A stretch of DNA of 64,000 nucleotides, taken from contig JBILLK010000017.1 of assembly GCA_044376115.1 (NCBI GenBank), positions 64,001-128,000 on the forward strand. The letters run 5' to 3'. Origin of the DNA: Polyangiaceae bacterium (GTDB lineage Bacteria; Myxococcota_A; Polyangia; Polyangiales; Polyangiaceae). A model generated the notes under the pieces. The model saw nothing but the letters and a program-made list of their open reading frames with translations, had not been told where the DNA came from and made no database searches. The translations under genes were made by a program, and so were the position numbers. Positions 19,295 through 28,612 of this stretch are shown here, in pieces. Position 1 is the stretch's first letter. Each line of letters begins with the position of its first letter.

Positions 19295-20209
19295 TTAGAA
19301 CACTATTTCGGACCGAGGATTTGGTACCGCGTCACGCAGCACCTCCATGGCTTTCTTTACCTCCTCATCCTCGGAGGTCGGAATCTGTACGAGGAACTTC
19401 ACATACAGGTCCCCGGCTGGCTTGCCTTTGCGTTGTACGCCTTTGCCCCGTAGTCGCGAAAGCTGACCGGACTGAGTCTTTGGAGGAACCTTCAGCGTTA
19501 CCTCTCCCTCCGGAGTCGGCACCCTAACTTTTGCGCCCTCATAGGCTTCAATCAGGGTCAACGGCAAGTCGAGGTGCAAATCGTCCCCCTCCCGGCGAAA
19601 GAACGGGTGCGGATTGACGTGCACGGTAAGCAGCAGGTCCCCAGGCTGAGCAAAGCCCACGGCGGCCGCTTGCCCCGGGATACGAAGTTTGCTGCCCTCA
19701 TCCACGCCTCCAGGAATTCGGACGGTGACAACCTCGCCGGTGTCTCGACGCAGCTCCACGGTGGTCCCGCGAATCGAGGAGACAAACTCAATTCGTACGG
19801 AGGCCTCGATGTCTGGCGCCTTTCTCGCGCGTCGACGACTACCGCCGCCAAACACGTCGCCGAACATGTCACCAAAGTCTGCAGAGCCGCCGCCGCCAAA
19901 CATGTCCTGAAAATTGACTGGCCCGCCGCCTGCGCGGCCGCCGCGCCCAAAGTTGCGCATCATCCGTGCGCGCTCCGGGTCGAACCCTTGCCGCAAGCTG
20001 TCTTCTCCGAACTCGTCGAACAAGGCGCGCTTGTCCTTATCCGACAGCACCTCGTTGGCGGCGTTGATCTCCTTGAACTTCGCCTCGCTGTCCTTGCCGG
20101 GGTTCTTGTCCGGATGGTACTTGGCCGCGAGCTTGCGAAACGCTTTGCGGATTGTGTCCTCGTCCGCGTTCCGCGGGACACCCAACACTTCATAAGGGGA
20201 TTGAGCCAT
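19295..20209 (-). CDS. DnaJ-class co-chaperone without zinc finger (CbpA-like)
   Basis: J domain with HPD, G/F-rich linker and DnaJ_C; no CxxCxGxG. Start taken at ATG 20209 (MAQSPYEVLG). Confidence 0.93.
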   Translation of the reverse strand: MAQSPYEVLGVPRNADEDTIRKAFRKLAAKYHPDKNPGKDSEAKFKEINAANEVLSDKDKRALFDEFGEDSLRQGFDPERARMMRNFGRGGRAGGGPVNFQDMFGGGGSADFGDMFGDVFGGGSRRRARKAPDIEASVRIEFVSSIRGTTVELRRDTGEVVTVRIPGGVDEGSKLRIPGQAAAVGFAQPGDLLLTVHVNPHPFFRREGDDLHLDLPLTLIEAYEGAKVRVPTPEGEVTLKVPPKTQSGQLSRLRGKGVQRKGKPAGDLYVKFLVQIPTSEDEEVKKAMEVLRDAVPNPRSEIVF

Positions 20210-20300
20210 GAACAGGCCGCAAGCTAAGGCGTCTTTCGTCGAACGCAAAGGCCCACCGTGACGTCTTGTTGAGTCGGCTGTGCGCGGGTACACGTTTGGG

Positions 20301-21326
20301 ATGGAAGAGCAGGTGTTGGAGGGTCCTCCAAGTCGTCGTCGCGAGCCCCACGGGCCCGGCCTTCCTCAGGCGCCGTTTCTGGTGGCCTTCCGATTCGAGC
20401 CCAAGGCAGAGCGTCGCTTGGAACTCGATGAACTGCGAGGGGCGCTCACCGGCGACTCGTTTGTTTGGCTTGACCTCGATGCGCGACACCCCGGCACTGC
20501 AGGCGTACTGAAGGAGTTAGCGCTCGACAGCGACATTCTTGAGGACGCCGAAGGGGGTGAGCCAGCTACCCAAGTCTCACGCTACGAGCACTCGCTTCAC
20601 CTAGCGCTTACCGCGTGCAGAATGCAGGCAGAAAACTTTCACCTCGATCGGGTTGACGTTGTTGTAGCGCAGAACTTTCTTCTGACACTCCACCGTAGCT
20701 CTCCCCACTTCATCCGCCTCACGAAGCGGAACTATCGGAACGACTTTCTGCGTTTCGCGAAAAGCCCTTCGTTCTTGCTCTACGAACTCTGGGATCACCT
20801 GCTGGAGGACTATCTCTCCGTTCAAAAGCTGTTTGAAGAGCGGGTTGAGCACGTTCAAGCTGAGCTGTCACAAGACGCCGAGGACGCGGTCTTCGGCAAG
20901 ATCTCAGCCCTTGGCTCGGACTTGTTGCACTTTCGCAAAGTGCTCCTGCCAGCGCGCAGCGTGCTAGCGGAGCTTTCCACACGAAAGTCGCCGTTCATCA
21001 GCGAGGCCACGCAACCCTTCCTGGGCAACATGATCGGCACGGTCGAACGCGTGCTGCAGGACTTGCTCGTCGACCGAGACATCCTCTCCGAGTCGCTCAA
21101 TCTCTACATGTCCTTCGTCGGCCACCGAACCAACCGCGTGATGAACCGGCTAACCGTCGTGTCGGTGATCTTTCTTCCGCTGACGTTTCTATGTGGAGTC
21201 TATGGGATGAATTTTGAGGTCCTACCCGAGACGAAGTGGGACCACGGCTATCTGTTCTTCTGGATTGTAGCTTTGGCAATCGCAATGTCTCTCGTTCTCT
21301 ACATGCGACAAAAAAGGCTCCTCTAG
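20301..21326 (+). CDS. corA: CorA-family Mg2+/Co2+ transporter
   Basis: WLDLD and NRVMNRLT...FLPLTFLCGVYGMNF (GMN motif); two C-terminal TM helices. Confidence 0.92.
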   Translation: MEEQVLEGPPSRRREPHGPGLPQAPFLVAFRFEPKAERRLELDELRGALTGDSFVWLDLDARHPGTAGVLKELALDSDILEDAEGGEPATQVSRYEHSLHLALTACRMQAENFHLDRVDVVVAQNFLLTLHRSSPHFIRLTKRNYRNDFLRFAKSPSFLLYELWDHLLEDYLSVQKLFEERVEHVQAELSQDAEDAVFGKISALGSDLLHFRKVLLPARSVLAELSTRKSPFISEATQPFLGNMIGTVERVLQDLLVDRDILSESLNLYMSFVGHRTNRVMNRLTVVSVIFLPLTFLCGVYGMNFEVLPETKWDHGYLFFWIVALAIAMSLVLYMRQKRLL

Positions 21327-21334
21327 TGGGGCCC

Positions 21335-21381
21335 TTGACAAGAATGTGAATTGCGTTCACTATTGTGAACACAATTCACAT
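21335..21381 (+). promoter_or_regulatory. Sigma70-like promoter overlapped by a double TetR-type operator
   Basis: TTGACA at 21335-21340 with CACTAT 17 bp downstream. A 17-bp inverted repeat at 21344-21381 (1 mismatch), each arm containing GTGAA-N5-TTCAC. Confidence 0.8.
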
Positions 21382-22114
21382 GTCTCTTCCTCACGATCGG
21401 ACAGCGGAACGGCGAGCGCTTCGGGTAGCCAATATCCTGGACCAAGCTCTCACCATCGTTGAGGCAGAGGGGCTCGAGGGCCTCACCCTCAATCGTCTTG
21501 CGCAGGCTTTGGGTTTGGTGACCACTGGGCTCTATCGCTACTTCCCGTCGAAGGACGCGCTCGTTGCCGCTCTGCAACGACGCAGCATCAACGTCATTCA
21601 CGCGCACTTCCGCGAGGAGCTATTTCGCTTTTCGGAGCAGGTCGCTGGCTCTACGCCTGCCACGGTCGCGCTCGCCACCCTCATCAAAGTGGCAGACCTT
21701 TACTTGGCTTTACCTGCAACCCACGTGCAAGAGTGGCGCTTCGTCGCCACACTTTTGGGCGACCCAAGGCAGCTCCTCCCAGCAGAGGAGATCGGGGAGA
21801 CAGTCCCCATCCTCACCAGCTTCTTGCTCGAAATTGAAGCGCTGTTCGAGCGGGCGACCATGCTTGAAGCGCTGGCGGAGGGTCCCCAGCGGCAACGCGT
21901 CTTCGCCTTCTGGGCCGCCCTCCATGGCGCACTTTGCATGGAGAAACTGCGTCGTGTCTCGACCTCGCCAGATGACGTCGGTGGGTTTGTCGTTCGCGCT
22001 CTGCTTTCATCTTGGGGCGCGACAACCGCTCGCCTCACTGCGGCCACTCGGCTTGCCACGGTGGTCAATCGCCCAGACCCATCTCGGGTCGTCGCTACGA
22101 AGGGAGTTCCGTGA
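21380..22114 (+). CDS. TetR/AcrR-family transcriptional regulator
   Basis: HTH ILDQAL..VEAEGLEGLTLNRLAQALG....LYRYFPSKDAL and WAALHG. ATG 21380 preferred over GTG 21365. Confidence 0.93.
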   Translation: MSLPHDRTAERRALRVANILDQALTIVEAEGLEGLTLNRLAQALGLVTTGLYRYFPSKDALVAALQRRSINVIHAHFREELFRFSEQVAGSTPATVALATLIKVADLYLALPATHVQEWRFVATLLGDPRQLLPAEEIGETVPILTSFLLEIEALFERATMLEALAEGPQRQRVFAFWAALHGALCMEKLRRVSTSPDDVGGFVVRALLSSWGATTARLTAATRLATVVNRPDPSRVVATKGVP

Positions 22115-22734
22115 TGTCGCTCGCATCCTTTTTAATTGGTGGGCTTGCATGGTCAGCAGGCGAATATGCGATTCACCGCTTCGTCGGACACGGTCCAAAG
22201 CGACAGGTGTCTCCCACACGATTGGGCAAGTTTACACTCAAGGGTATAGCTGCCGAATTCAACTCAGAGCATCTGGCTCACCACGCTGACCCACGCTACT
22301 TCGCGCCGACCTCACGCAAGCTTCGCGCAGCAGCTATTGGGGTTCCGCTGCTTGGAGCCCTCGCTGCTCCCTTCTTTGGAGTCCGACGCAGTACACACTT
22401 TGCGCTCGGATTTGGCCTTGTCTACGGGGGATATGAGGTCATCCACCGCCACATTCATACGCGACCTCCCGGCGGACGGTATGGCGCGTGGGTACGGCAT
22501 CACCACCTACTTCATCACCATAAGACGCCTCGCCATAACCATGGGGTTACGAGCCCGCTATGGGACATAGTGTGCTCGAGCTATACGCCGATTGAGGTTG
22601 TGCGGATACCGCGACACGCAGCGCCGAGTTGGCTACTCGATGAACAAGGAGAGGTGCAGCCCCAGTACCGAGCCCAATACGAGCTAGTAGGAAAGCGTGA
22701 ACAGACGGTCACACCCAAAACCGCTTCTACCTAG
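22114..22734 (+). CDS. Fatty acid hydroxylase / sterol desaturase superfamily protein
   Basis: His boxes HRFVGH, HLAHH, HRHIH, HHHLLHHH, plus GVTSPLWD. ATG overlaps the TetR stop. Confidence 0.9.
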   Translation: MSLASFLIGGLAWSAGEYAIHRFVGHGPKRQVSPTRLGKFTLKGIAAEFNSEHLAHHADPRYFAPTSRKLRAAAIGVPLLGALAAPFFGVRRSTHFALGFGLVYGGYEVIHRHIHTRPPGGRYGAWVRHHHLLHHHKTPRHNHGVTSPLWDIVCSSYTPIEVVRIPRHAAPSWLLDEQGEVQPQYRAQYELVGKREQTVTPKTAST

Positions 22735-22749
22735 CCGGCATTCCACGCG

Positions 22750-23946
22750 TTGCTTACTACCGCTCAAGTTGACCTTCAGTTATCGCGCGCTGCTGCCTTG
22801 CTATCGGGCTCTCTCGACTTGCTTGCGCAACGGGTTTGGGATGGCGCAGCCGGGGACGCGCTCGCGCGACGTTCCTGGATAGAGCCACTGCTCGAGCTGA
22901 GTGACGTCGAGCTTGCGCAACTAGAGGAGCAAGGCACGGAAGCGCAGGCGATGCGCGCGCTACCGCAGTCGCTCGTGATGTTTGGCGCAAGCGCTCGAGA
23001 AGTATGCACAGTAGAAAAATTCTTCGGCGCCTCCACTGGTTTCAAGCCTAAACACGTCAAGCAACGAAAGGCCTCGCAAATTGAAGCCTTCCGCCGAGTG
23101 CTCGAGTCGGTGTTGCCGAACACCGAGCGGGTCATTGACGTGGGCTCCGGTCACGGGCACTTAACGCGAGAACTCGCATCAATACAGCCAAAGCCGGTGC
23201 TCGGGCTCGAAAGAAATCGCGCGCTCACGGACCGCGCCCGTTCGCTCAGTCAGCACCAAAACCTCAGCTTTCACACTGTCGATGTCCTTGGGACTGAGCT
23301 GAAGATCCACCCGGGGGATTGCCTTGTAGGGCTGCACGCTTGTGGAGAGCTTGGGGACCGCATTACCAAGTACGCGGCGACGTATGGGGCTAGCATGGCG
23401 CTCGTTGGATGCTGCCTTCAGAAGCAGCGAGCACCGGAACGCATTCCGCTTTGGGCGCCGCTCGCTCCCCTCGCCCTACCGCGCACGCTGCTTGGGCTCA
23501 GTAACCTCTCAGTTGCTGCGCAAGGCGTCGAGGCATCCCGCGCCGAAAATTTGGCAGCTCGTGAACGGCGAATTGCGCTGCATTGGCTTCTACAGAAATA
23601 CACCGGTTCGCTGAAGTTTGGCGCGGAGCTCGAGGGGCTCAATAGGAGAAGCGCACACGCGGAGCTAGAAAACTTGGTCGCGCTCGCTTTTGAGTTTCGC
23701 GGCCTCCGTTGTCCGTCGGTAGATGAGATCAACGATAGTGCGCTACTGGCCAAACGCATGCACGGCCGTGCACGACGCCTGGCGATTCCGAGGAGTTTTT
23801 TGGCGAGGGTACTCGAGATATTTGTGCTCTTGGACCGCGCCCGCTTCCTGTGCGACGGGGGCTTTCGTGTACAACTCGGGGAACTTTGGCACAGCGAGAT
23901 AAGTCCACGGAACCTTGTGCTATTGGCAACTCGCCCAGAGCCATGA
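22750..23946 (+). CDS. SAM-dependent methyltransferase (Methyltransf_32-like)
   Basis: VIDVGSGHGHL, GLHACGELG, VGCC and ISPRN. Confidence 0.85.
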   Translation: MLTTAQVDLQLSRAAALLSGSLDLLAQRVWDGAAGDALARRSWIEPLLELSDVELAQLEEQGTEAQAMRALPQSLVMFGASAREVCTVEKFFGASTGFKPKHVKQRKASQIEAFRRVLESVLPNTERVIDVGSGHGHLTRELASIQPKPVLGLERNRALTDRARSLSQHQNLSFHTVDVLGTELKIHPGDCLVGLHACGELGDRITKYAATYGASMALVGCCLQKQRAPERIPLWAPLAPLALPRTLLGLSNLSVAAQGVEASRAENLAARERRIALHWLLQKYTGSLKFGAELEGLNRRSAHAELENLVALAFEFRGLRCPSVDEINDSALLAKRMHGRARRLAIPRSFLARVLEIFVLLDRARFLCDGGFRVQLGELWHSEISPRNLVLLATRPEP

Positions 23947-23957
23947 GCGGAGTCTGA

Positions 23958-24947
23958 CTATCCTTGGCTCTCAGGCCCCAACGCGCACCGCACCGAGACC
24001 GGAGACCACCCGCGGGACCTCAAAACCCCCTGCCCGCGGGCAGCTCCTGCCGCCATCACTCCCAAGAGACCACGACCCAACGTGGCGGCCATCTCCATAC
24101 CGAGATCTACGTCATCTCCTATGAGGTCCAACAGATGATCTGTGGATCCCAAAAGACAAATCAGCGGTCCGTCGGCGTACGCAGAATACCAGCGAACCTG
24201 CGCGGCAAGCGTCTCGAGCCCCCCAACCGCCGTCCCTGGACCGTAGCGAAAACGACGCCCATCGGGCGTCGTGCAACGAACCCAACCGTCCAAAACAAAG
24301 TAGGTATGTTCGGCAGGCTGATTCGCGAGAAATAGCTCCTCCCCAAGCACGAACCGCTGCTCCCGCATCTCGCCAGCCATCGCAAACAATGTATTCAAGT
24401 TCATCGTTCGAAACGCAGAGAGCGCGCGCAGGCAATAAATGACTTCTACGAGATTCAGCGACATCTGCGGGACGACAAGGGGCAGCTTCTCCGAAGGCAG
24501 GCCTAGTGCTGACTCTGGCATCTCTCGCATTTGGCCAAGGAGTCGCTCCGCCGTATACCGGAGCGTCGAGATCAATAGCGGGTAGTGATCCTCCAGCAGG
24601 GCGAACAAGGCTTTCTGCGACAACTCAAGTGTTCGCAGAGGAGTTTCCGCAATGACATCGAAGGAGGACGCCTTCCTTGCTACGCAGTTGATGAAGCCGC
24701 TACTTTGAGGTGGTTGCAGCTCTCCTACCCGCTTGCCATCGAGAAAGAGCCCGACGCGCCCTTCGATGAGCAACGAAACAGCTCCAACGAGCTGGCCGCT
24801 AACTGCGAGCCGCGCCCCCGGCTCGAGCTCTCGCGCTACCAGTCGCGACGCCACCGCATGCACGACCGCTTGGGGCAGCTTCGCCGTAACCGGGATGCCT
24901 CGCAGGTAGAGGGCGCGCTCCGTTAGGTCAACCCAACGCCGAGTCAT
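23958..24947 (-). CDS. Protein with two cyclic-nucleotide-binding (cNMP)-like domains
   Basis: Two repeats of the (L.ER) ...L.GRV / LDGWV...G..VG pattern; no HTH evident. Overlaps the upstream stop. Confidence 0.7.
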   Translation of the reverse strand: MTRRWVDLTERALYLRGIPVTAKLPQAVVHAVASRLVARELEPGARLAVSGQLVGAVSLLIEGRVGLFLDGKRVGELQPPQSSGFINCVARKASSFDVIAETPLRTLELSQKALFALLEDHYPLLISTLRYTAERLLGQMREMPESALGLPSEKLPLVVPQMSLNLVEVIYCLRALSAFRTMNLNTLFAMAGEMREQRFVLGEELFLANQPAEHTYFVLDGWVRCTTPDGRRFRYGPGTAVGGLETLAAQVRWYSAYADGPLICLLGSTDHLLDLIGDDVDLGMEMAATLGRGLLGVMAAGAARGQGVLRSRGWSPVSVRCALGPESQG

Positions 24948-27595
24948 GGCATTCCCGTTAACGGCATTGCAGTCAGTTCCTCGAGATGTGCGCGGGCAAG
25001 GAGGCCCAGATTACCCGATCGCTGAGCCAGTCGCTCAAGGTTATCTCGATAGGAAGAGCTCAGGCGTCCGCCGTAACGGTCAATCTTTTCAGCGTCTGGC
25101 ACCTCATCCACGAGGACGATCAGTCCGTCGCGCAGCCTTCCCTTGACGACATTACCCAGCAGCTCTCGTGAGGAGGCGCGCAACTTCGCGTCGGCGCTGT
25201 TCAAGCCACGCTCAACCTGCTCAAAGTCCTCTTTCCGATAGAGCAAGCCCAAGCTCAAGAACATGCGACTCTGGGCGTGGCGCACCTTATCTTTGAGCAG
25301 CTCAATCAGCAGCTTACCAGCCGGCGAGCCCTTGACTCGCTCAGCGGTCTGCTCAGCCTCGAAGAGGACGCGCAACGCTAGATAACTATAGATCCCCTCA
25401 AGCGTTCGCTGAGCTAGCGCGTTCAAGGCTTCACTCTCGACAACGACGTCGCGGCCTTCACTGCGTGCACGTTGCAACAGCTTCAGGCACCGATACCGCA
25501 CGCGACCATCCTCTGCCTCTCGGAGAAAGCGCATCAAGATAGGAACAGAATCAACAGTAGGGAAGGCGGCTATTGCTGTCACCAGCGCAGGCGCGTCGCG
25601 GTTGGCAATGCGCTCTTCCAGCGCACTTGCGAGCTGCTCGAGCGCGCTCGGACCTATTTGAACAAGGCCAGCAAGAGCCACCGCTCCGAGATCACGATGC
25701 GGAACGTATTCAATCAACTCGCGTACGAGCGGGACTCGTCTAGACGGGAGCCGTCTAGCATGGGCGGCAACGGCCCTCAGAAGCTCGGAGCGCAGCTCGG
25801 TACTGCGCGCCTCCTTTAGAGCAACAAGGATAGGTTCAACAAACTCCTCCGCTGGGTCTTCGAGCGAAGCCAAAATGGCAGGCCGCTGGACGGCCTCGTT
25901 CGAGGTTCGCAACATGGCTTGAAACTCCTCGAGCTGACTTGGGCTCCCCCCAACCGCCAATTGAGCCGCAAGCGCGGTTGCGCGGACTTCGGGCCGAGTA
26001 TCCTCGAGGTAGCTCGCAAGCCCGTCGCTCGTCAGACGTCCAAGCGCCCGTACGGCCGCTGCTCTAACTTCCGGGCTACTGTGACTTAGCAACCGCTTGG
26101 CAATCGGCACAATGTCTTTACGCTGTGCCGCCACTAGCGTCTCTATGCCATATAAGACCACTGCTGCTGAGGGGTGGTAAAGGATGAGCGCTGGAATCAG
26201 CTGGGCGCGCTGCTGCGCCACCAATAGGTCCATTGCACCCACGACCTCTTCGTCTCGTGCCGAGTTGAAGGCCGACAGAATCGCCTCCAAGGCGCGTAGG
26301 TCAAGCTCCGGCACCCCTTCAGCGTCAACGAGATCTCCAGCGTTAAGCCGCTTTCGGAACGCGTCTACGTAAAGCCGCCCCAAAGGATACCCTGCTAGCA
26401 ACCAAGCCAACGCGAACACAAAAGCAGCGACCCCCAATAGCTGCGCGCTGGCACCTAGAGCGACGAGCGCCAAGGTCAAGAACGCAGCCAGCATTTGACC
26501 GCCCCGTTGGCTCAGCAGCTCTAGCAGCGGCTTCGCTCCCTTTCTATGGGAGTCGGGCAGAGGTAGGTAAAGCAACTCTGTACTCGTCTTGTAGATCGAG
26601 TGACGAAAGACGCCGTCGGCACCACGCAACAGAACCGCCGCAGCAAAGGCGCCCGTGGCGACCACACCGAGCGAGGAGATCGTCATGAGCACTGGCAGCA
26701 CGACGAGCGCTCGCGGAAGACCAACGACGCGCAGCACGAGACCCGTGAACCCAAGCTGAACCGCAACCGCCAATACATTGTAGACTAGGTAAGCCGTTGC
26801 GAAGGCATTTCCTAACTCTGACGCCGGCACCCTGGCGGCTAAAGTAGTCTTGAAGATAAAGTCGCCAAGACTGAGCGTTATGGTACCCAGCGCAAGGAAT
26901 ATGCCTACCCGCTGAAGATAGGGCTCTCGTAAGAGTTCTGAGTAGGTTGGCGCAGATGAGTTTACTGGAGTGTCCGCCGGATGACTCAAGCTGACGGCCC
27001 GGCGCTCAAGCAACACCGTGGGCAGCAGCCCCAAAGCAAACGCTCCACCCGCAGCAAGCAACAGCTCTCGCGCGCCAAAGAGACTTGCGACAAGCTTGGC
27101 GGCGACTGCCCCCAAGGTCGCCCCTAGAACGGCGCCGGCGCCGATCAAGCCAAACAAGCGCTTCGCTTGGCCAACGTCGAACGTGCTGCCCAAGAGTAAC
27201 CACAACTCCAGTCCAACCACCGCGCCAAACGTGCCTGTCCAAACGAAGAGGGCATAGAGACCAGCCGCGCTCGGGGCGCCCGCGAGGTACCAGAACCCCA
27301 GCGGGGCTAGCGTTGCCACGAGTATTGCTAAGCTAGCTGTGTTGGCCCGCCTCCGGCTCGCGAACAAGCGAGCGATCGCTATCCCAAAAAGCGCAATCGC
27401 AATAGACATCCAAGGCAAAACGGTCGCAGGAAGCTTGGCTAGAAATAGCGCATCCCTGGAGGTTTCTAGGAGTGTATGGCCCGCAGTCGACGAGGAGAGA
27501 GCTCCCATCGCCAGGACCACCGCCGCCCCCTCATTTTTACGGATGTCCCAGGCTACGCGCACCCCGCTGATGATAGGCGCCCGCTGCTGGACCAT
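24944..27595 (-). CDS. NTT/TLC (ADP/ATP translocase-like) MFS domain fused to HEAT repeats
   Basis: RDALFL, AKRLFGLIGAGAVLG, DFIFK and ELLYLPLP...AK...RGG; about 12 TM helices, then HEAT repeats (PEVRAAAVRALG). Confidence 0.82.
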   Translation of the reverse strand: MVQQRAPIISGVRVAWDIRKNEGAAVVLAMGALSSSTAGHTLLETSRDALFLAKLPATVLPWMSIAIALFGIAIARLFASRRRANTASLAILVATLAPLGFWYLAGAPSAAGLYALFVWTGTFGAVVGLELWLLLGSTFDVGQAKRLFGLIGAGAVLGATLGAVAAKLVASLFGARELLLAAGGAFALGLLPTVLLERRAVSLSHPADTPVNSSAPTYSELLREPYLQRVGIFLALGTITLSLGDFIFKTTLAARVPASELGNAFATAYLVYNVLAVAVQLGFTGLVLRVVGLPRALVVLPVLMTISSLGVVATGAFAAAVLLRGADGVFRHSIYKTSTELLYLPLPDSHRKGAKPLLELLSQRGGQMLAAFLTLALVALGASAQLLGVAAFVFALAWLLAGYPLGRLYVDAFRKRLNAGDLVDAEGVPELDLRALEAILSAFNSARDEEVVGAMDLLVAQQRAQLIPALILYHPSAAVVLYGIETLVAAQRKDIVPIAKRLLSHSSPEVRAAAVRALGRLTSDGLASYLEDTRPEVRATALAAQLAVGGSPSQLEEFQAMLRTSNEAVQRPAILASLEDPAEEFVEPILVALKEARSTELRSELLRAVAAHARRLPSRRVPLVRELIEYVPHRDLGAVALAGLVQIGPSALEQLASALEERIANRDAPALVTAIAAFPTVDSVPILMRFLREAEDGRVRYRCLKLLQRARSEGRDVVVESEALNALAQRTLEGIYSYLALRVLFEAEQTAERVKGSPAGKLLIELLKDKVRHAQSRMFLSLGLLYRKEDFEQVERGLNSADAKLRASSRELLGNVVKGRLRDGLIVLVDEVPDAEKIDRYGGRLSSSYRDNLERLAQRSGNLGLLARAHLEELTAMPLTGMP

Positions 27596-27667
27596 GTCGA
27601 GATCTTGACGCGGACTGACAATTTCCCCTCAGCGTTTAGCGGCAAGGCGCCACACGGCCGATTGGGA

Positions 27668-27955
27668 ATGCGCGCAATCGCTGCAATTGCATCGATGGCG
27701 CGGCACTTGCTCCATGAGTTCAATCAGCACTTGAGGGCAAGCCGCATGAGAGACCTCCACGACAACCATTGGGATGAAGCTCCCTACTCACCAGCAAGAG
27801 ACAAGTCCGACTCGGCTTCGAGTGGAGTGCGCACTAGAGTGGCCCCGCTAAACGAGGACGCCGACGCCGATACGACGGGCTGGATTCGGTTTGCGTTCAA
27901 GAAACTCACTCGCTACGCATTCATCGCTCCGCGGCGAGGACACCTTACTCAGTAA
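27668..27955 (+). CDS. Possible hypothetical protein
   Basis: Open frame filling an intergenic gap; no motif recognised and start uncertain. Confidence 0.25.
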   Translation: MRAIAAIASMARHLLHEFNQHLRASRMRDLHDNHWDEAPYSPARDKSDSASSGVRTRVAPLNEDADADTTGWIRFAFKKLTRYAFIAPRRGHLTQ

Positions 27956-28043
27956 TTGCCAATTAGAACCAGGCTTGCTTGGTCGAGGGTGCTACGCTGG
28001 TCGCAGTCGATATAAACCGCAGCCCGAACCTAAGTGGGGCCCC

Positions 28044-28169
28044 ATGGGCGACAAGTCTCCGAAGGCCAAAGACAAGGCAAAGAAACAAGACACTTCCAAC
28101 AAGGCCCAAAAGCAGGCGGCCGCTGTCGAGAAGGCAAAACCCAAGGATCCCAACCTCAAGAAAAAATAG
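28044..28169 (+). CDS. Small Lys-rich protein (41 aa)
   Basis: MGDKSPKAKDKAKKQDTSNKAQKQAAAVEKAKPKDPNLKKK with host-like codon usage. Confidence 0.6.
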   Translation: MGDKSPKAKDKAKKQDTSNKAQKQAAAVEKAKPKDPNLKKK

Positions 28170-28327
28170 AGATCGGCGTTCGCCCCGGCTCACCGGGGCG
28201 AACTGCGCGTGGACGCGAGGAAGCTTGCAGCAGGGAAGCGCCGTAAACAGCGCAAGCACGGTCCGGCCAGCGCCAAATTCACGAGTATCGTTCGCCAGGC
28301 GGGTCTGGCCGTAGTAGCAGACGGGGG

Positions 28328-28597
28328 ATGAGCTTCGGGAAGAACCCATACGTCGTGAAGGCACAAACCGCCGAACAGAAGGCGGCGGCTGCGCCGGACG
28401 ACATTGCAAAGGCGCGAGCCTACCGTGATGCCGCCCACCAATGGGAGCGCGCAGCGACGCGCGAGGGCCCCGGCAAGCGCCGCGATGAGTACGAGCAGTT
28501 TGCTGAGAAAAATCGTCGGCTAGCGAATGGTGAGCTGCTTCAAGACGAAGAGGATGAGCTAGCTCAGGCAGCCATCGATCCCAAAACGCTCAATTAG
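28328..28597 (+). CDS. Small helical hypothetical protein
   Basis: 89 aa, Ala/Glu/Arg-rich, with a G-rich RBS-like stretch and host-like codons. Confidence 0.7.
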   Translation: MSFGKNPYVVKAQTAEQKAAAAPDDIAKARAYRDAAHQWERAATREGPGKRRDEYEQFAEKNRRLANGELLQDEEDELAQAAIDPKTLN

Positions 28598-28612
28598 CAG
28601 CGACGCACCAAC

